Of a stretch of DNA of 64,000 bases, positions 39,601 through 49,283 are shown piece after piece (position 1 is the first letter of the stretch; the number at the start of each line of letters is the position of its first letter). The DNA is from Phoronis australis. Its lineage: Eukaryota; Animalia; Phoronida. The notes below the pieces were generated by a model that saw only the letters and a program-made list of their open reading frames with translations, searched no databases and was not told the origin of the DNA. The stretch is taken from contig NMRA01000010.1 of NCBI GenBank assembly GCA_002633005.1, forward strand, positions 62,001 through 126,000, written 5' to 3'. The translations under genes were made by a program, and so were the position numbers.

Positions 39601-42600
39601 TGCTCCAGCAGTTTCCTATGCGCTGCTTACATGCGGTTTGAGACGGTCTATACATCACATAAAAATCACGAATATAACTATTGCTCAACATGATAAACCA
39701 TTGATTTAAATCCGTTGCCAGGGTCTGCGATCGTGTTTGCCTGTCGAGGAGAGGGGTCCCATGGCGAGTCTGGTAAGCGCGGGCTGTGAAATACTGCAGA
39801 TTAACAAGAACTTCTTCTGTCGCCATCTGGATGAGAATTTGACAAACCTAATTAAGTTCAAGGTAAGCTGTATAACTGCAACCAAATCTAATCATCAAAT
39901 CTCTGTAACATCTCAACCACAAATATGTTATAACTACAGTTTTCAAAGTTAACTGGACAACATCAGTGCTGTAGTGGTAAAGTTAGAGGCAATTAGGCGC
40001 CCAAAGCCCACCGTATCACCTTGGGCACTGTACGTAACTTACTGTGCGTAGGCGCTACGTTCAAATGCCACAAGGTGGTTGGCTGCGCCTACGTGCGCCT
40101 ACACCCCACTACAGCAGTGGACAACATTAAATTTCGACAAAGATTCAGCGCATAAAAGCAAGACTAAACATTTATTGTTTTCAATTACAATGCGTTTCAA
40201 TTCTGACTAAATCGCGACAAAACCTCCACAAGTGTTGCTCCATCCTCAGGTCCGTAAGAAGGAAAAAAAATATTGGGGGTGGGGGGTGGGGGGATCACAA
40301 ACCAATTTGACTTTGCCAACCTACGACCTTTGCTATCACCACCTCCTCCCCACGTCCGCCATAGGTTAAGGTGAAACCAGGGATGCAGCTATCAGAATTT
40401 GAGTGACCGTGAACTAACAAAATTTCACCGAGAGTACGAAGGGGTGTAGGGCCAGCGCACTGGCGGGTAGCTGGGAGCTGCCTGAAGTAACTACAGCTGT
40501 GTTCAAACAGTACATATTCCTCTGCTCTGGGTTGAAGGCCAAGGTTTGTTTTATTATGAACCAATTTCGGGGAAAACTTCATTTTATTATGGCCATTCTT
40601 TAAAGCAATTTTTTTGGAAAAGTGAGGTCCCTAGGTGCCTGGCTTTTTTGGCCGTTTCAGAATCCCGGTAGTCCAGTTTCTGGTTGCTGGGGGAAATGAT
40701 AGAGTGTGTTCCAAAAATGTATACACTGCACCATCTGGAGTTCAAGTTCAGTTCCCGTGGGTAACTGAGCTCTGCTACGCAGGCCTACTGCATGGTTACA
40801 CCTTATTTTTAATCATGACGTGCTCCGTGACTGCGCGCATTCAGGGGGGGGGGGTGGTCTTAGGGGGCTCGAAGGAACCCCCCCATTTAAGAACGTGGGC
40901 AAAAAGGTTCGCTTCAAAGCAACAATTTGTCCGAGAAAAATGAGACAAGAGTTCACTAAAAAGGCAGGAGTTCGGCATATACTCAGTTCATTCCCTGAAC
41001 GAACCCCGTATTCCGTTTTTTTTTCTTCAGTTAAAGGTCCACATTCTCAAAAATTCAAGCGCCCCCTAGATTTTAGGCTGGGTGCGTGCATGCTCTGTGT
41101 GTAGTATGCACGGGAAATGCAAGCAAACGATTCAGTTTTGAAGAACAAAAATTCATTGCACAATACTACTGAAAACTAAAAATATCAAGGAAGTGCAAAG
41201 AGAACATTTCCAATTTGATGACCAATGAGTTAGATTTTATTTGTTTAAGTACTTAAACTTCTTTTTCGATCTATGGTTTGGAAACTTAATCCCAGTAGTC
41301 TAGTTCCTAAGCCAATGACCAATTTATTGTCATTTGAATTGTGAGAACATTTTGGGAGACACTTTGTAGATTTGCTTGAAAGTCATCATTTTCCTTGAGA
41401 CTTATTTCAGATATACAAAAATCGTTTAGTGTACTTTTATATTTGGGGATCTGATTATAGATCGAATTTTCCCAATTTTGGCCTGCAACTAAGTTCCTTG
41501 AAACGTCGTCATTTCTTGCAAGATTAGCTTCTAATTGTCAAAAAATCATCTCTCAATCAGTCCATTTTCATAAACATGTAAATCAGAAACCAACAATCAA
41601 ATCCTTCAGAGCAATGCGTTTACCTTGATTTAATTACTTAATTCCTTTTTGATCCCCTGTTAGTGATTTTAAACAGAAAATCTTGTACCGAAGTCAAAAA
41701 GCAATACGTTTATTGTCATTTGAATTATGAGTAAATTTTTGGGAAGTGTCTAAATTTCATCAATGTCTTTGAGAGTTGTTTTAGATAGGCAAAAAGCATC
41801 CAAGTGCACTTTCCTGTTTGGGGATCGGATTATAGAGTTTTTCCGTATTGAGGCTTCAACTAAATTCCCTGATTCGTATTCATTTCTTAAAATGTTAGCG
41901 TGAAATTGCCAAAAATCCTTTATTAACCTGTCGGTTTTCACAGATATATAAACATGTAAATCAGAAACCATCGAACTTGTTGGTCAAAACGGAATGTTCT
42001 AAGCATTTTCCGCAGGCATACTCGCAGATTTTTGACGGGTAACCGGGGGAAATGGGAGATTGGGTATTCATATTAAGGTGTATTTTTGCTCATTTCCGAG
42101 GTACCTATAACGGTTCACGAGTTGAACTTGACCAAAAAAAAGCTGAAATATTTTGGTTTATTATTGCCAGTATTATTTTGAGTGCACTCGTTCGATATGT
42201 ACACGGTCACCCCAATGGTAGCCTCGACAGCAATGTTTTCCACATGAGGGAATTCCTTACAAACAACTCGTAGCAACCATTTTCAAAAGAGGTACTATTC
42301 TTGTGATACTGTGGGAAACGGTAACAATATTCTATAGCTAACCATCGAAAACAGTCCTTTAGTGTAATTAACAAATAGCGGTCTTCACGTTCTTCAAAAT
42401 TCCACCTTTTCGATGGCGGTCAATCCTATTGTATTTTTCATATTTTTGGTTGTTTAAGTCGAATGTCTTGATACTACTGTGCTGTGCACGACTATTTTGC
42501 GTTTTCTTATGAGTTTGGAATCTCAACTTCCCTCGTGAATACTTGGGAGTGTCGGATTTATATGTATAGAGGGACAAAGGGACATTTCCCCGAACTGCTC

Positions 42601-44404
42601 CATCGAGATAGGGTCCCGTCTGAAATGGGACACCTTAATTATGAAATCCTAAAAATCATTAGGCTTGGAAAAAAGTGACAGTGCATTCCACCGTCGTGTG
42701 GTCACAAGACGGTGCAGGAAGTGACCTTCCTCCGTATGAAAGTTGGTTGCACGAGTTCACGAAAAACAGGAAACTAGACGTAATCGAGTCCAACCTTAGG
42801 TCCTCTCTCCGTGAGTGGACTCTTAAAAATTTGTCAATAAAAACATAAAAAGGTGGTCACTTGAATGTCATCAATGACTTTCTTTAAGGGTGGGGCCCTT
42901 CAATATGAAAATATCTATATTTTGAAAAATCAAGAAATGTGCAGTAATTGATGATATCTGTCTGATCATCAATTTTTCTCAAGTGATATACAATTCGAGA
43001 AAAAAACTACAGTTGTCTCCGTTATCCCTTGCCAGGGAGGGGCCTCTGGAAAAATGTGGTTTTGCAGTCGCAAAGTTGACTTATTGAATTAAAAAATTCA
43101 GTAAATTTGTACACTCCGCTAAAGCTTCCCTTTACAATTTTTTTCGATTTTGCGAAATATCTGCATGAATCAATACGTGCACGTTTTCAAGTGTGTTTAG
43201 ATGACCTGTGTTACGAAAGCGGAGACCCCAACAACAATGTCCTGGCCAGGGTCCTCAAAAGGTAAACGATGCACTGATACTGAGTTGTTATATGTCCTCT
43301 TGAATTTTCTCTCTTATCCGCATTTAGCAGTCATTCTTTTCTCGACTGTTCCTGCCCCTCGCGTATGTCGGTTGCCACGGATTAACCCTGCGCCTGAAAA
43401 TTATTGGGGGGTCCGTGCCCTCCAGCCCCCCGCTTCCTATGGCCCTGATCCTGGTTGTATCAACAACGTACTCCGCAGGCACATTACATAAATACATGTA
43501 AAATATGGCAGATTGGTGCAATAACATCAACAACAGTTCGACACAAGCACTATTTTATTGCTAGAAAAGTTAGGCTAAACTTGAAATATTTCTGGTAATA
43601 TGATTATCTAAGTTTGGCAGATTCTGGCGGAGTTTCGTCGAAACTCTGCCTCCGATACCACCCTAAGTCCCTGCATATACTCTAATTTCTTTGAGATCAC
43701 GTACTGTATATGTTGCTTGTTCAACTAGTAGTAAATTTGGACAGATCCACCATACTTCGGTCGTGCCGCTTGACAAGGCAACTTGGGAAAATCGTCGTTG
43801 AGTTCCACTCTCTAAAGCCTTAAAGGCTTGTGTCAAAATTCACATACTGTGATTTTGTTATGTGTTTCCGGTGATCATGGGCGGAAGGCGCTAATTTTGC
43901 TGACGGAAATTCATCGGTTGTTCGGAAAACAAACATTCAGGTAGATTTGCTCTATTGGTGTTCTTTAAGGATCAATAAACATATCGCAAGTTTAAAAAGG
44001 TTCCTATTAAAGTTGTAAACCGACATCAAGCACTGTCGCTTTCAACCAAAATTCTTTATAATGGGGCTGCTGCCAAACTACTCTACCCTAACCGCAGTAG
44101 GAAAGTGAACAACTGACAGCTCTCCGTCTGCGATTGCGCTAAAAGTAGACGTTTTAAGTTTTCAGTTGCCCGTTGCTGAAGTGCATTAAAGATTGGTTTT
44201 ACTGTACAAATCATCCCAATATTGTCGTTTCAGTCAAAGGTCTACCCTTCGCAAGAGGAATTAGTTGATCGCTTAGATATCAATCTTCAGTGGCAGGAAT
44301 TTAAGAAGGAGGCGATGAAATCTGTATTGGAAGAGTGCCAAATCGATGTTCATAAAAGATGGGCAGAACATAGTACTGTGAACAAAATCGACAAACTGAC
44401 GTAG
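15095..44404 (+). CDS. CNBD2: Spliced gene, cyclic nucleotide-binding domain-containing protein (CNBD2-like), about 808 aa. Coding exons: 15095-15410, 15858-15967, 19856-19926, 21249-21435, 27897-27971, 30756-30847, 31687-31760, 33474-33619, 34449-34513, 34803-34941, 35429-35573, 38511-39205, 39722-39862, 44234-44404
   Basis: All 13 introns are GT-AG and the phases chain without a stop (1,0,2,0,0,2,1,0,2,0,1,0,0; 2427 nt in total). The translation contains cNMP-binding beta-roll motifs: RVILRGGLPPDGIYFVLSGSV, FRAGDKFGEEDL..SRRSTIVT..TELLYLHKEDY, YKFGRLIVKDSNNMEFIYVIKSGEARVIK, FVQLESLHAGRVFGL, SLVSAGCEILQINKNFF, and a C-terminal YPSQEEL..L..NLQWQEFK. These resemble CNBD2-family proteins as I recall them. 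Orthology is not tested, so the symbol is family-level. Confidence 0.85.
15475..15617. repeat. Compound microsatellite (TG/TGCG/TATG/TAAA/TA)
   Basis: Directly visible in intron 1. Confidence 0.95.
15858..15967 (+). CDS. CNBD2-like coding exon 2
   Basis: caactag|AG acceptor (phase 1), QRLHELKLKRKEARRLTRSRTPGVDDDVDSEPDDDLA, donor GCG|gtaagt (phase 0). Confidence 0.75.
17688..18715. repeat. 18-bp minisatellite (CTGTCAACATCGTCATAC-like), interrupted by a MITE
   Basis: Arrays at about 17688-17806 and 18228-18715. Confidence 0.9.
17807..18227. mobile_element. Palindromic MITE (Harbinger-like termini) inserted in the 18-bp array
   Basis: Ends AGTGCCGTTTACAC and GTCTAAACGTGACT are imperfect inverted repeats. 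There is an internal inverted pair CTGACACGGCGCAAATT / AATTTGCTCCGTGTCAG. The superfamily assignment is inference. Confidence 0.7.
18968..19232. repeat. 65-bp tandem repeat, 4 copies
   Basis: Unit CATTTGAGAACTCCCAGAGATACAATTAAGGTTGTGTACCGCTACACGTTGCACAAGATTGATGC. Confidence 0.95.
19856..19926 (+). CDS. CNBD2-like coding exon 3
   Basis: Poly-T tgtag acceptor, PFERFRRAARVVRLMIHTCKVCK, donor GA|gtaagt. Only phase 0 is open. Confidence 0.85.
20329..20394. mobile_element. Tiny CATG-ended MITE (internally deleted)
   Basis: TIRs CATGGGCGGCGCA / TGTGCCGCCCATG around a G-rich core. Confidence 0.65.
21249..21435 (+). CDS. CNBD2-like coding exon 4
   Basis: tattgcag acceptor, SLVYSLMDESWYQ...LEFDVGEFKKDYNKSE, donor GAG|gttagt. 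Confidence 0.85.
22796..22969 (-). CDS. Putative antisense exon nested in intron 4 of the CNBD2-like gene
   Basis: Acceptor tttttgtgtttttgacag, 174 bp open (LEMESRYSDKTMAREQRLGQEEQRRTSDSARK...LLLRK), donor AG|gtgaga in phase 2. Confidence 0.5.
24728..24983. mobile_element. CATG-ended MITE nested in Kolobok copy 1, 5-bp TSD AAAAG
   Basis: Perfect 13-bp TIR CATGCGCGCACCC / GGGTGCGCGCATG, AAAAG on both sides, absent at the homologous site of copy 2 (about 36500). Confidence 0.85.
25290..25634 (-). pseudogene. THAP zinc-finger domain remnant inside Kolobok copy 1
   Basis: MA*CIFPAC...GVSYFRFPRKPEMLRKWLAAVK...FRVCDRHF: the C2CH signature with FP and W, and a stop at codon 3. Confidence 0.8.
26627..27176. 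mobile_element. Degenerate TIR element (MITE)
   Basis: AGACCACTTGTAGTTACGAAATTGGTCTCAAATT and AATTCAGACCTGTTCTATAATTGTAAGTGGTCT are imperfect inverted repeats, with short subterminal tandem repeats at 26655-26712. Confidence 0.5.
27897..27971 (+). CDS. CNBD2-like coding exon 5
   Basis: tttcag acceptor, DLLTDEVKEILQLRPTARNKQQVND, donor GAT|gtaagt. Confidence 0.85.
30756..30847 (+). CDS. CNBD2-like coding exon 6 (alpha-helical start of cNMP domain A)
   Basis: aacag acceptor, AVKCLKKINQEFRALPLEQQRKIAECSFYD, donor AA|gtaagc. Confidence 0.88.
31389..31562. mobile_element. CATG-ended MITE
   Basis: TIRs CATGCACGGCGCAGC / GCTGCGCCGCCCATG, flanks CAAGG / AAAGG. Confidence 0.7.
31687..31760 (+). CDS. 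CNBD2-like coding exon 7
   Basis: ctggcag acceptor, FLQQRVILRGGLPPDGIYFVLSGS, donor G|gtaagt. Confidence 0.9.
33474..33619 (+). CDS. CNBD2-like coding exon 8 (phosphate-binding cassette of domain A)
   Basis: ttgcag acceptor, ...FRAGDKFGEEDLTCGCSRRSTIVTQTTTELLYLHKE, donor GAG|gtaagc. Confidence 0.9.
33603..33948 (+). repeat. 68-bp tandem repeat, 5 copies, spanning the exon 8 donor site
   Basis: Units start at 33603 (74 bp), 33677, 33745, 33813 and 33881. Each contains TAAAGAG|G(T/C)AAG. Confidence 0.95.
34449..34513 (+). CDS. CNBD2-like coding exon 9
   Basis: ctttag acceptor, DYMEIFNMAVDSTDPKNLDIC, donor AA|gtgcgt. It bridges phase 0 to phase 2. Confidence 0.85.
34803..34941 (+). CDS. CNBD2-like coding exon 10 (start of cNMP domain B)
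   Basis: ttttag acceptor, KDIVFSHYPMQKL...YKFGRLIVKDSNNMEFIYVIKS, donor TCG|gttggt. Confidence 0.88.
35429..35573 (+). CDS. CNBD2-like coding exon 11
   Basis: taccag acceptor, GEARVIKHLHAG...FVSERSH, donor G|gtactt. Confidence 0.85.
35756..37378. mobile_element. Non-autonomous Kolobok-type DNA transposon, copy 2
   Basis: TTAA flanks, TIRs GGAGAATGACAC / GTGGCATGCTCCT, homologous to copy 1. Degenerate THAP on the minus strand (about 37015-37200) and a GYQFEP-containing fragment on the plus strand (about 36850-36962). Confidence 0.85.
38213..38445 (-). mobile_element. tRNA-derived (SINE-like) element with Pol III A/B boxes
   Basis: Minus strand TGACTCAGTGGCTAGAGC (A box) ... GGATTCGAGTCCC (B box) at about 38295-38365, flanked by the 12-bp direct repeat CATGTATACTTG (38201, 38446). 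Confidence 0.6.
38511..39205 (+). CDS. CNBD2-like coding exon 12 (long low-complexity insert within domain B)
   Basis: tttttcag acceptor, lies within the 290-aa ORF, ends PPFVQLESLHAGRVF|gtaagt. Confidence 0.9.
39722..39862 (+). CDS. CNBD2-like coding exon 13
   Basis: ttgccag acceptor, GLRSCLPVEERGPMASLVSAGCEILQINKNFFCRHLDENLTNLIKFK, donor AAG|gtaagc. Confidence 0.9.
40831..41092. mobile_element. MITE related to 24728-24983
   Basis: Shares TGCGCGCA..GGGGG..GGGGGCTCGAA at the left end and AGGCTGGGTGCGTGCATG at the right end. Confidence 0.7.
41200..41972. repeat. Degenerate tandem duplication, period about 380 bp
   Basis: TTATTGTCATTTGAATT (41324/41710), TTTGGGGATC.GATTATAG (41442/41817), ATAAACATGTAAATCAGAAACCA (41570/41948). 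Confidence 0.7.
42570..42905. repeat. Dispersed repeat, diverged inverted copy of 62965-63266
   Basis: AATTTGTCAATAAAAACAT.AAAAGGTGGTCACTTGAATGTCAT and several other blocks are reverse complements of sequence at 62975-63266. Confidence 0.75.
44234..44404 (+). CDS. CNBD2-like terminal coding exon 14
   Basis: tttcag acceptor, SKVYPSQEELVDRLDINLQWQEFKKE...KLT*, stop TAG. Confidence 0.9.
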   Translation, partial: SKVYPSQEELVDRLDINLQWQEFKKEAMKSVLEECQIDVHKRWAEHSTVNKIDKLT

Positions 44405-44661
44405 TTCTAGTGAACAAGCTAATTGCATCCAATTATCTCAGTTTTACGGCGTGTCTGATGTACGGATAAAGAGCTGTACATAGACCTACCTCAATCAAGT
44501 ACAGTATGCATGCCGCTTGCATGCAAAGCGTCGTGTATCGCTTTTCTATGTTTTAGGTGCTGTCTTAACGCATGGTCATGCTCAGCCTTTGCTTATCCTG
44601 TGTGCCCAACGAATTTATGAATACGGTGTCCGCACCAAGTTGTTGTGACTTGCTTTCAGTA

Positions 44662-44667
44662 AATAAA
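44662..44667 (+). terminator. Candidate polyadenylation signal AATAAA of the CNBD2-like gene
   Basis: AATAAA about 260 bp after the stop codon. Confidence 0.5.
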
Positions 44668-47600
44668 TAATACTTCGTTATACGCATTAAGAATGTATCG
44701 AACCCGAACTTACATGTACACTAGTAAAATTCAAGGACATAAACAAAATGTACGCGCAATTTCAAAATTTTCTTTACAGTGTAATTCTACTGTTTGAAAG
44801 TGTGACGCTTTTTTCTGTGTTTGCCTAGTAATGCTCGTTTACTATAACAATGGATCACTCGTTGGCCATATTGGTACCAAGGAAAGCGACGGTGTATTTA
44901 TAAATTAATTGTGCGTATTTTTAACAAGTTCTCAACGTAATTTCAACAATTTTAGTAAATACCCGAGCAAAACATACCTGCCAAGAATAGTTGTAATACT
45001 TGGCTTCTTTAGGGTACTGAATTACTGCTGTGTATTTTTTTCATTTGTCATGTTATGACAAATAAGAGCATTGAAAAGATGTGTTCGTGACTTCAGGTCC
45101 ACAATGCAGGGAAAAAGTACTGTAATGCCTAGTCATGTTGCCCCTATATCAGTAGTTATTTCACGTTTGGAAAACATTTTTTCGCTATGTAACTACTGAT
45201 CAAGATAGTTATTGCACGGTCGTATCATCACAAACTGGCATGACTGATGGACTGAAGTGTAAATGTGGTCTATTGTACGGACAAATCGGTGCTTAAAACT
45301 TAGGTTCAGGAAATGTGAAGCCTAGCTAGAAGCTGTTGCGCCTTTTCGGAATGCATCTTTCTACTGTCGATGACTTTTGTCTACGATAGTGTCCTGTATT
45401 CATACAGTATGAATAACACACCTGTTAAATCGGCCAGATATGTGTTAATTGTACATGTATTTTCTTCAAGCACGCGGCTATTAAACATCACTGCAGAAAC
45501 GAAATAGTTGCTGCGACGCCACTTGCATGACAAGGCTAAAAATCGTTCACAGTCCGCCATTTTTCACGGTGTTGTAAAGCTAACTAATGACTGCCGAGGT
45601 TACATCGACTAATGCTAAAGCGCGTGCCACTGCTTGGTGATACCTGCACGCTGGCTGGGCTAAGCACGCAGGGAACCAACGACTTGGTGAACAGGCCGGT
45701 TCAGCGACACTAGAGATCCCATGATTCCATAATGCGGACGGGGGGGGGGGGGTCAACTTACTGGTACAAACAGCGTTTTAAAAATCTTTCCTGCTGTCAT
45801 CATGCCGGAAAATTTCCACTCAGTGCGGTGGGGTGTGCTAATGACTTACGGAAAAAGGCAGACCTTTTGGACTATTCATGGATGAAGGATATCATATGTT
45901 CTAAACATCTCCTTCTGCAAAAACTAGAATCTGCTGCTAGGAAGGCTTCTATGACAGTGCCCACCGTGTCTAGTGGCCAGCTAGAGTCGGTGGTCACTGC
46001 CTATGGCTGCGACTGATAAATGGGTCTGTAAGCAGAATTTCGATCCCAGCCCATGTCATGAAGTTTGAATAAATTAGTTAACATAACAATTGAAAAATGT
46101 GTGCTGTGCTATCTGATAACCACTAAAAATACGGCTGACTGAACACCTTTCATAACCAGAGTCCTTCCCTCTCATGCTCTCTGATGTCAAATTCCGTGGT
46201 ATTTTGTTTCAGTTGTTGGTTTACTTCATGTTATTATATAACTGTTTTCCTTCTGTATGCAAAAACATAACAGTTAAAACTGCATTCCCTTCACTGAGTA
46301 TAAAGTACAAAAACTTAATTCATAAAATTGTAGTATACAAGTTTCCTTGTGAACATTGGATATCTGTTGGCATCACAAAACCCAAAAGAAGAAAACAGTG
46401 CTAACTGGTCCTTCCAAATTTTGGCTTCTTCAATTCATTCGCAGGTTATCTCTCCACTACTCAATATTGGAACTGATTCCATTTTGGCAAGTGAATATTC
46501 AAACTCAGTGCGATAATGAAAATTAGTTTTTTTGTTTAAAAAGCTATAGAAGAGTCCTGGGGGAAGAGTCCACTTTCACAAAATCACGTTCCAGATAAAA
46601 CCCTTAGTTGAATATTACTTTACAAATATTCTATGCAATTTTGATGTTTACAACCTATCCTTTTTATTTAGAGGATGCTCAGACACTGGAAGTGAGAAAT
46701 GCACATTAGGTCTTAATGACCATGCCTGCCTACTTTCTTAATCATAAATACCACTTGTCAAAAAACTGTAGAGAACACGTCAATTGAGTCGAAATGGAGA
46801 GCACAGTGTGCTGCGATTGAAAGTGTTGGAGTCCCTTTTGATTACATTCAAGAAGCCTGCTTTGAATGCGCAGCAAACGGGGTCATGCTGCACTTGTTTG
46901 CGCGTCCATTTGTCAGTCTCGTGCAGTATCCCACACCTGCAGTAACGTCCCATTGGGTATTTTATTAGCTTTTGCTCTGTGGTGGTATTATTGCGTCATT
47001 TTGTTTCCACTTGAGAATGAAACGAGTACGTTTCGAAATATCATTTGTCTTATAATCATGTCTCTTGGTCAGTTTCATTACCAGTGTTCTGTTGAGTGTC
47101 GAGCTTTGTTCCGAGGATGCGAGCGAAATAAAGATTGTTATCAGCAACAAGTGCCGTGTAAAGAATTAATTTTGCATAGTCATAAATATATTTAGAAGTT
47201 GCCCTACAATGTACTTTTAGCCTATGGTACTAGTGACAGCAAGTTTTTGACACTCAGGTTTTGCAAATGATATGTCAATGTCAGTGAGCCTTTGCCCCCC
47301 CCCCTTCCCTGGAACAAAGCTGTGTCAATTACACAAATATTTATTGTGTAAATTTGTTACAATTCATTTTTGTTGGTTAATACTTGTACTTATGATTATG
47401 AGCTGATTCGTACTGTACTGAATACTGAGCAAACACTGATCCTACTTGCAACAAAAAAATCATCTGATGCGACTGTAACTGTAAGTGTAAACTGTCGGAA
47501 TCATCTTGTGAATGTTTTAAGTGACATGGCAGAGAACAATATACGCATTTTATTTTTACATGTCTTATAATCTCCAAAAATCAAGCAATTCGACTCATTA

Positions 47601-47743
47601 CTTAACCAAATCTTGAAACGGTCACACCGTAGAACCGGAAGTTTTCTATCCTGCGTGTGCAGCACCCTCTCATCGTTAGTGCTTATGTCCCTTGGTCCCT
47701 GACATGGTCAACGCGGTCTAACGGGAGTTAGCAGTCCCTATCT

Positions 47744-48576
47744 ATAGTCTATGATGGCATTTTCCCTAGAATGCTCAACTGGTTAATGTTAGATTGTACA
47801 ATGTACATGTACGATAACCTGTCAACCGCAAAGCTGTCCAACCCTTGCACTCAGTAACATTGTTCACTGATAGCGTATAACTAAACAAATACTGCTTTTG
47901 GCTTCGTTCCTGTCTCAACGTGGCATAGTNCCTGGGCGCTTATTAGAGCGAATACGGTAGCCCTAATAGATGGTGACATCAGTGCACGAAACGATGATTT
48001 TTATTTAAATTAGCAGCAAGTTTGTGGTGACTGGCACCAACGGCCGGGTGACCGAACTTCGGGCTTGGCGAGTAGATTTTCTGGCTCCGGCACTCGCCCA
48101 GCTGGCGAGCAGGGTTTTTCAATTCAAGACTAAAAGCCTGGGTATATCCCTGACTTCCACACTTTTTCAAAAGAGGGAAAACTACTAAGGAATGGCTGAG
48201 GAGGGTAAAAGTCTAGTTGCCGTAAGTATTGGTATGTGTTTGGAGATCGATTCAACATCAGACAACTTGATTTTTGGTAACGTTGATAAGTCTTTTGACC
48301 ACAACACCTTGCAGGACGATGCCATGTTTGTCAAGGCGCCTCGTTTTCGATCAACACGACAGCAGCGCCCCGCGTTCGTGAAAGAGGTGAATAGTCTATG
48401 ATGGCATTTTCCCTAGAATGCTCAACTGGTTAATGTTAGATTGTACAATGTACATGTACGATAACCTGTCAACCGCAAAGCTGTCCAACCCTTGCACTCA
48501 GTAACATTGTTCACTGATAGCGTATAACTAAACAAATACTGCTTTTGGCTTCGTTCCTGTCTCAACGTGGCATAGT
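47744..48576. repeat. Identical 186-bp direct duplication (47744-47929 and 48391-48576) next to an N
   Basis: No mismatch seen by eye. Copy 1 ends exactly at the N at 47930. Confidence 0.9.
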
Positions 48577-49283
48577 GAAGTTAACTGTGAACTCTTCGGA
48601 TTTATAGAATAGTGAAGTTGACTGTGAACGCTTTGGATTTATAATAAAGTGAGCGCTTACGGTCAGACATACATGTAGATGCTGGGAGTCTGAAGATCAT
48701 CGGACATTTGAACGTGAGTATAAGATAAAAAAACAGACCTACTGAAATACTGAACTGAAATTTCATACAAAAATGCAGGTTTTTGCAGATTGTTATGAAA
48801 TCCCCTAGACCCTCAAACTCCACCACCCCCTCGACCCACAACCGTCTCGATCCACGACCCTCAACCCCCTCGACCAGACTACACAAGCTCGACTCGATCT
48901 GAACATAGAACAAGCGCTGATTTGTACTGCAGGACCAATGTGTTAGGCCGTGAGCTCGTCTGGCTTTTCCCTGTTTTTTTGCAATTAAGGCAGTCGATTC
49001 TGCAAGTTTGAAAGCCAAAATTAGAAAAAAACAACGCGACCCGACCAAATCAAATCATAGGCAACACGTAGCCCCTCGGTTGGCCGGTTACTTCCCATCG
49101 CTTTCGGTACGAATTTCATCCCGTACGTGTATTTTAAACAGGCGATAGGACAAATCGTATTAGGACTTTTCATCTCGTCAAAAATACATTCCAGACTCAA
49201 AACAATCCCTTAAAAAAAGCGCTTACTTTCTTCAGTGGTCCTTTTTACTTCTACCTTCGATGAAGCTTAGTTACGAGAATTAA

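Noticed and set aside
47744-48576. LTR retroelement/TRIM
   Set aside because: No TG...CA termini, PBS, PPT or TSD seen; the duplication abuts an assembly N.
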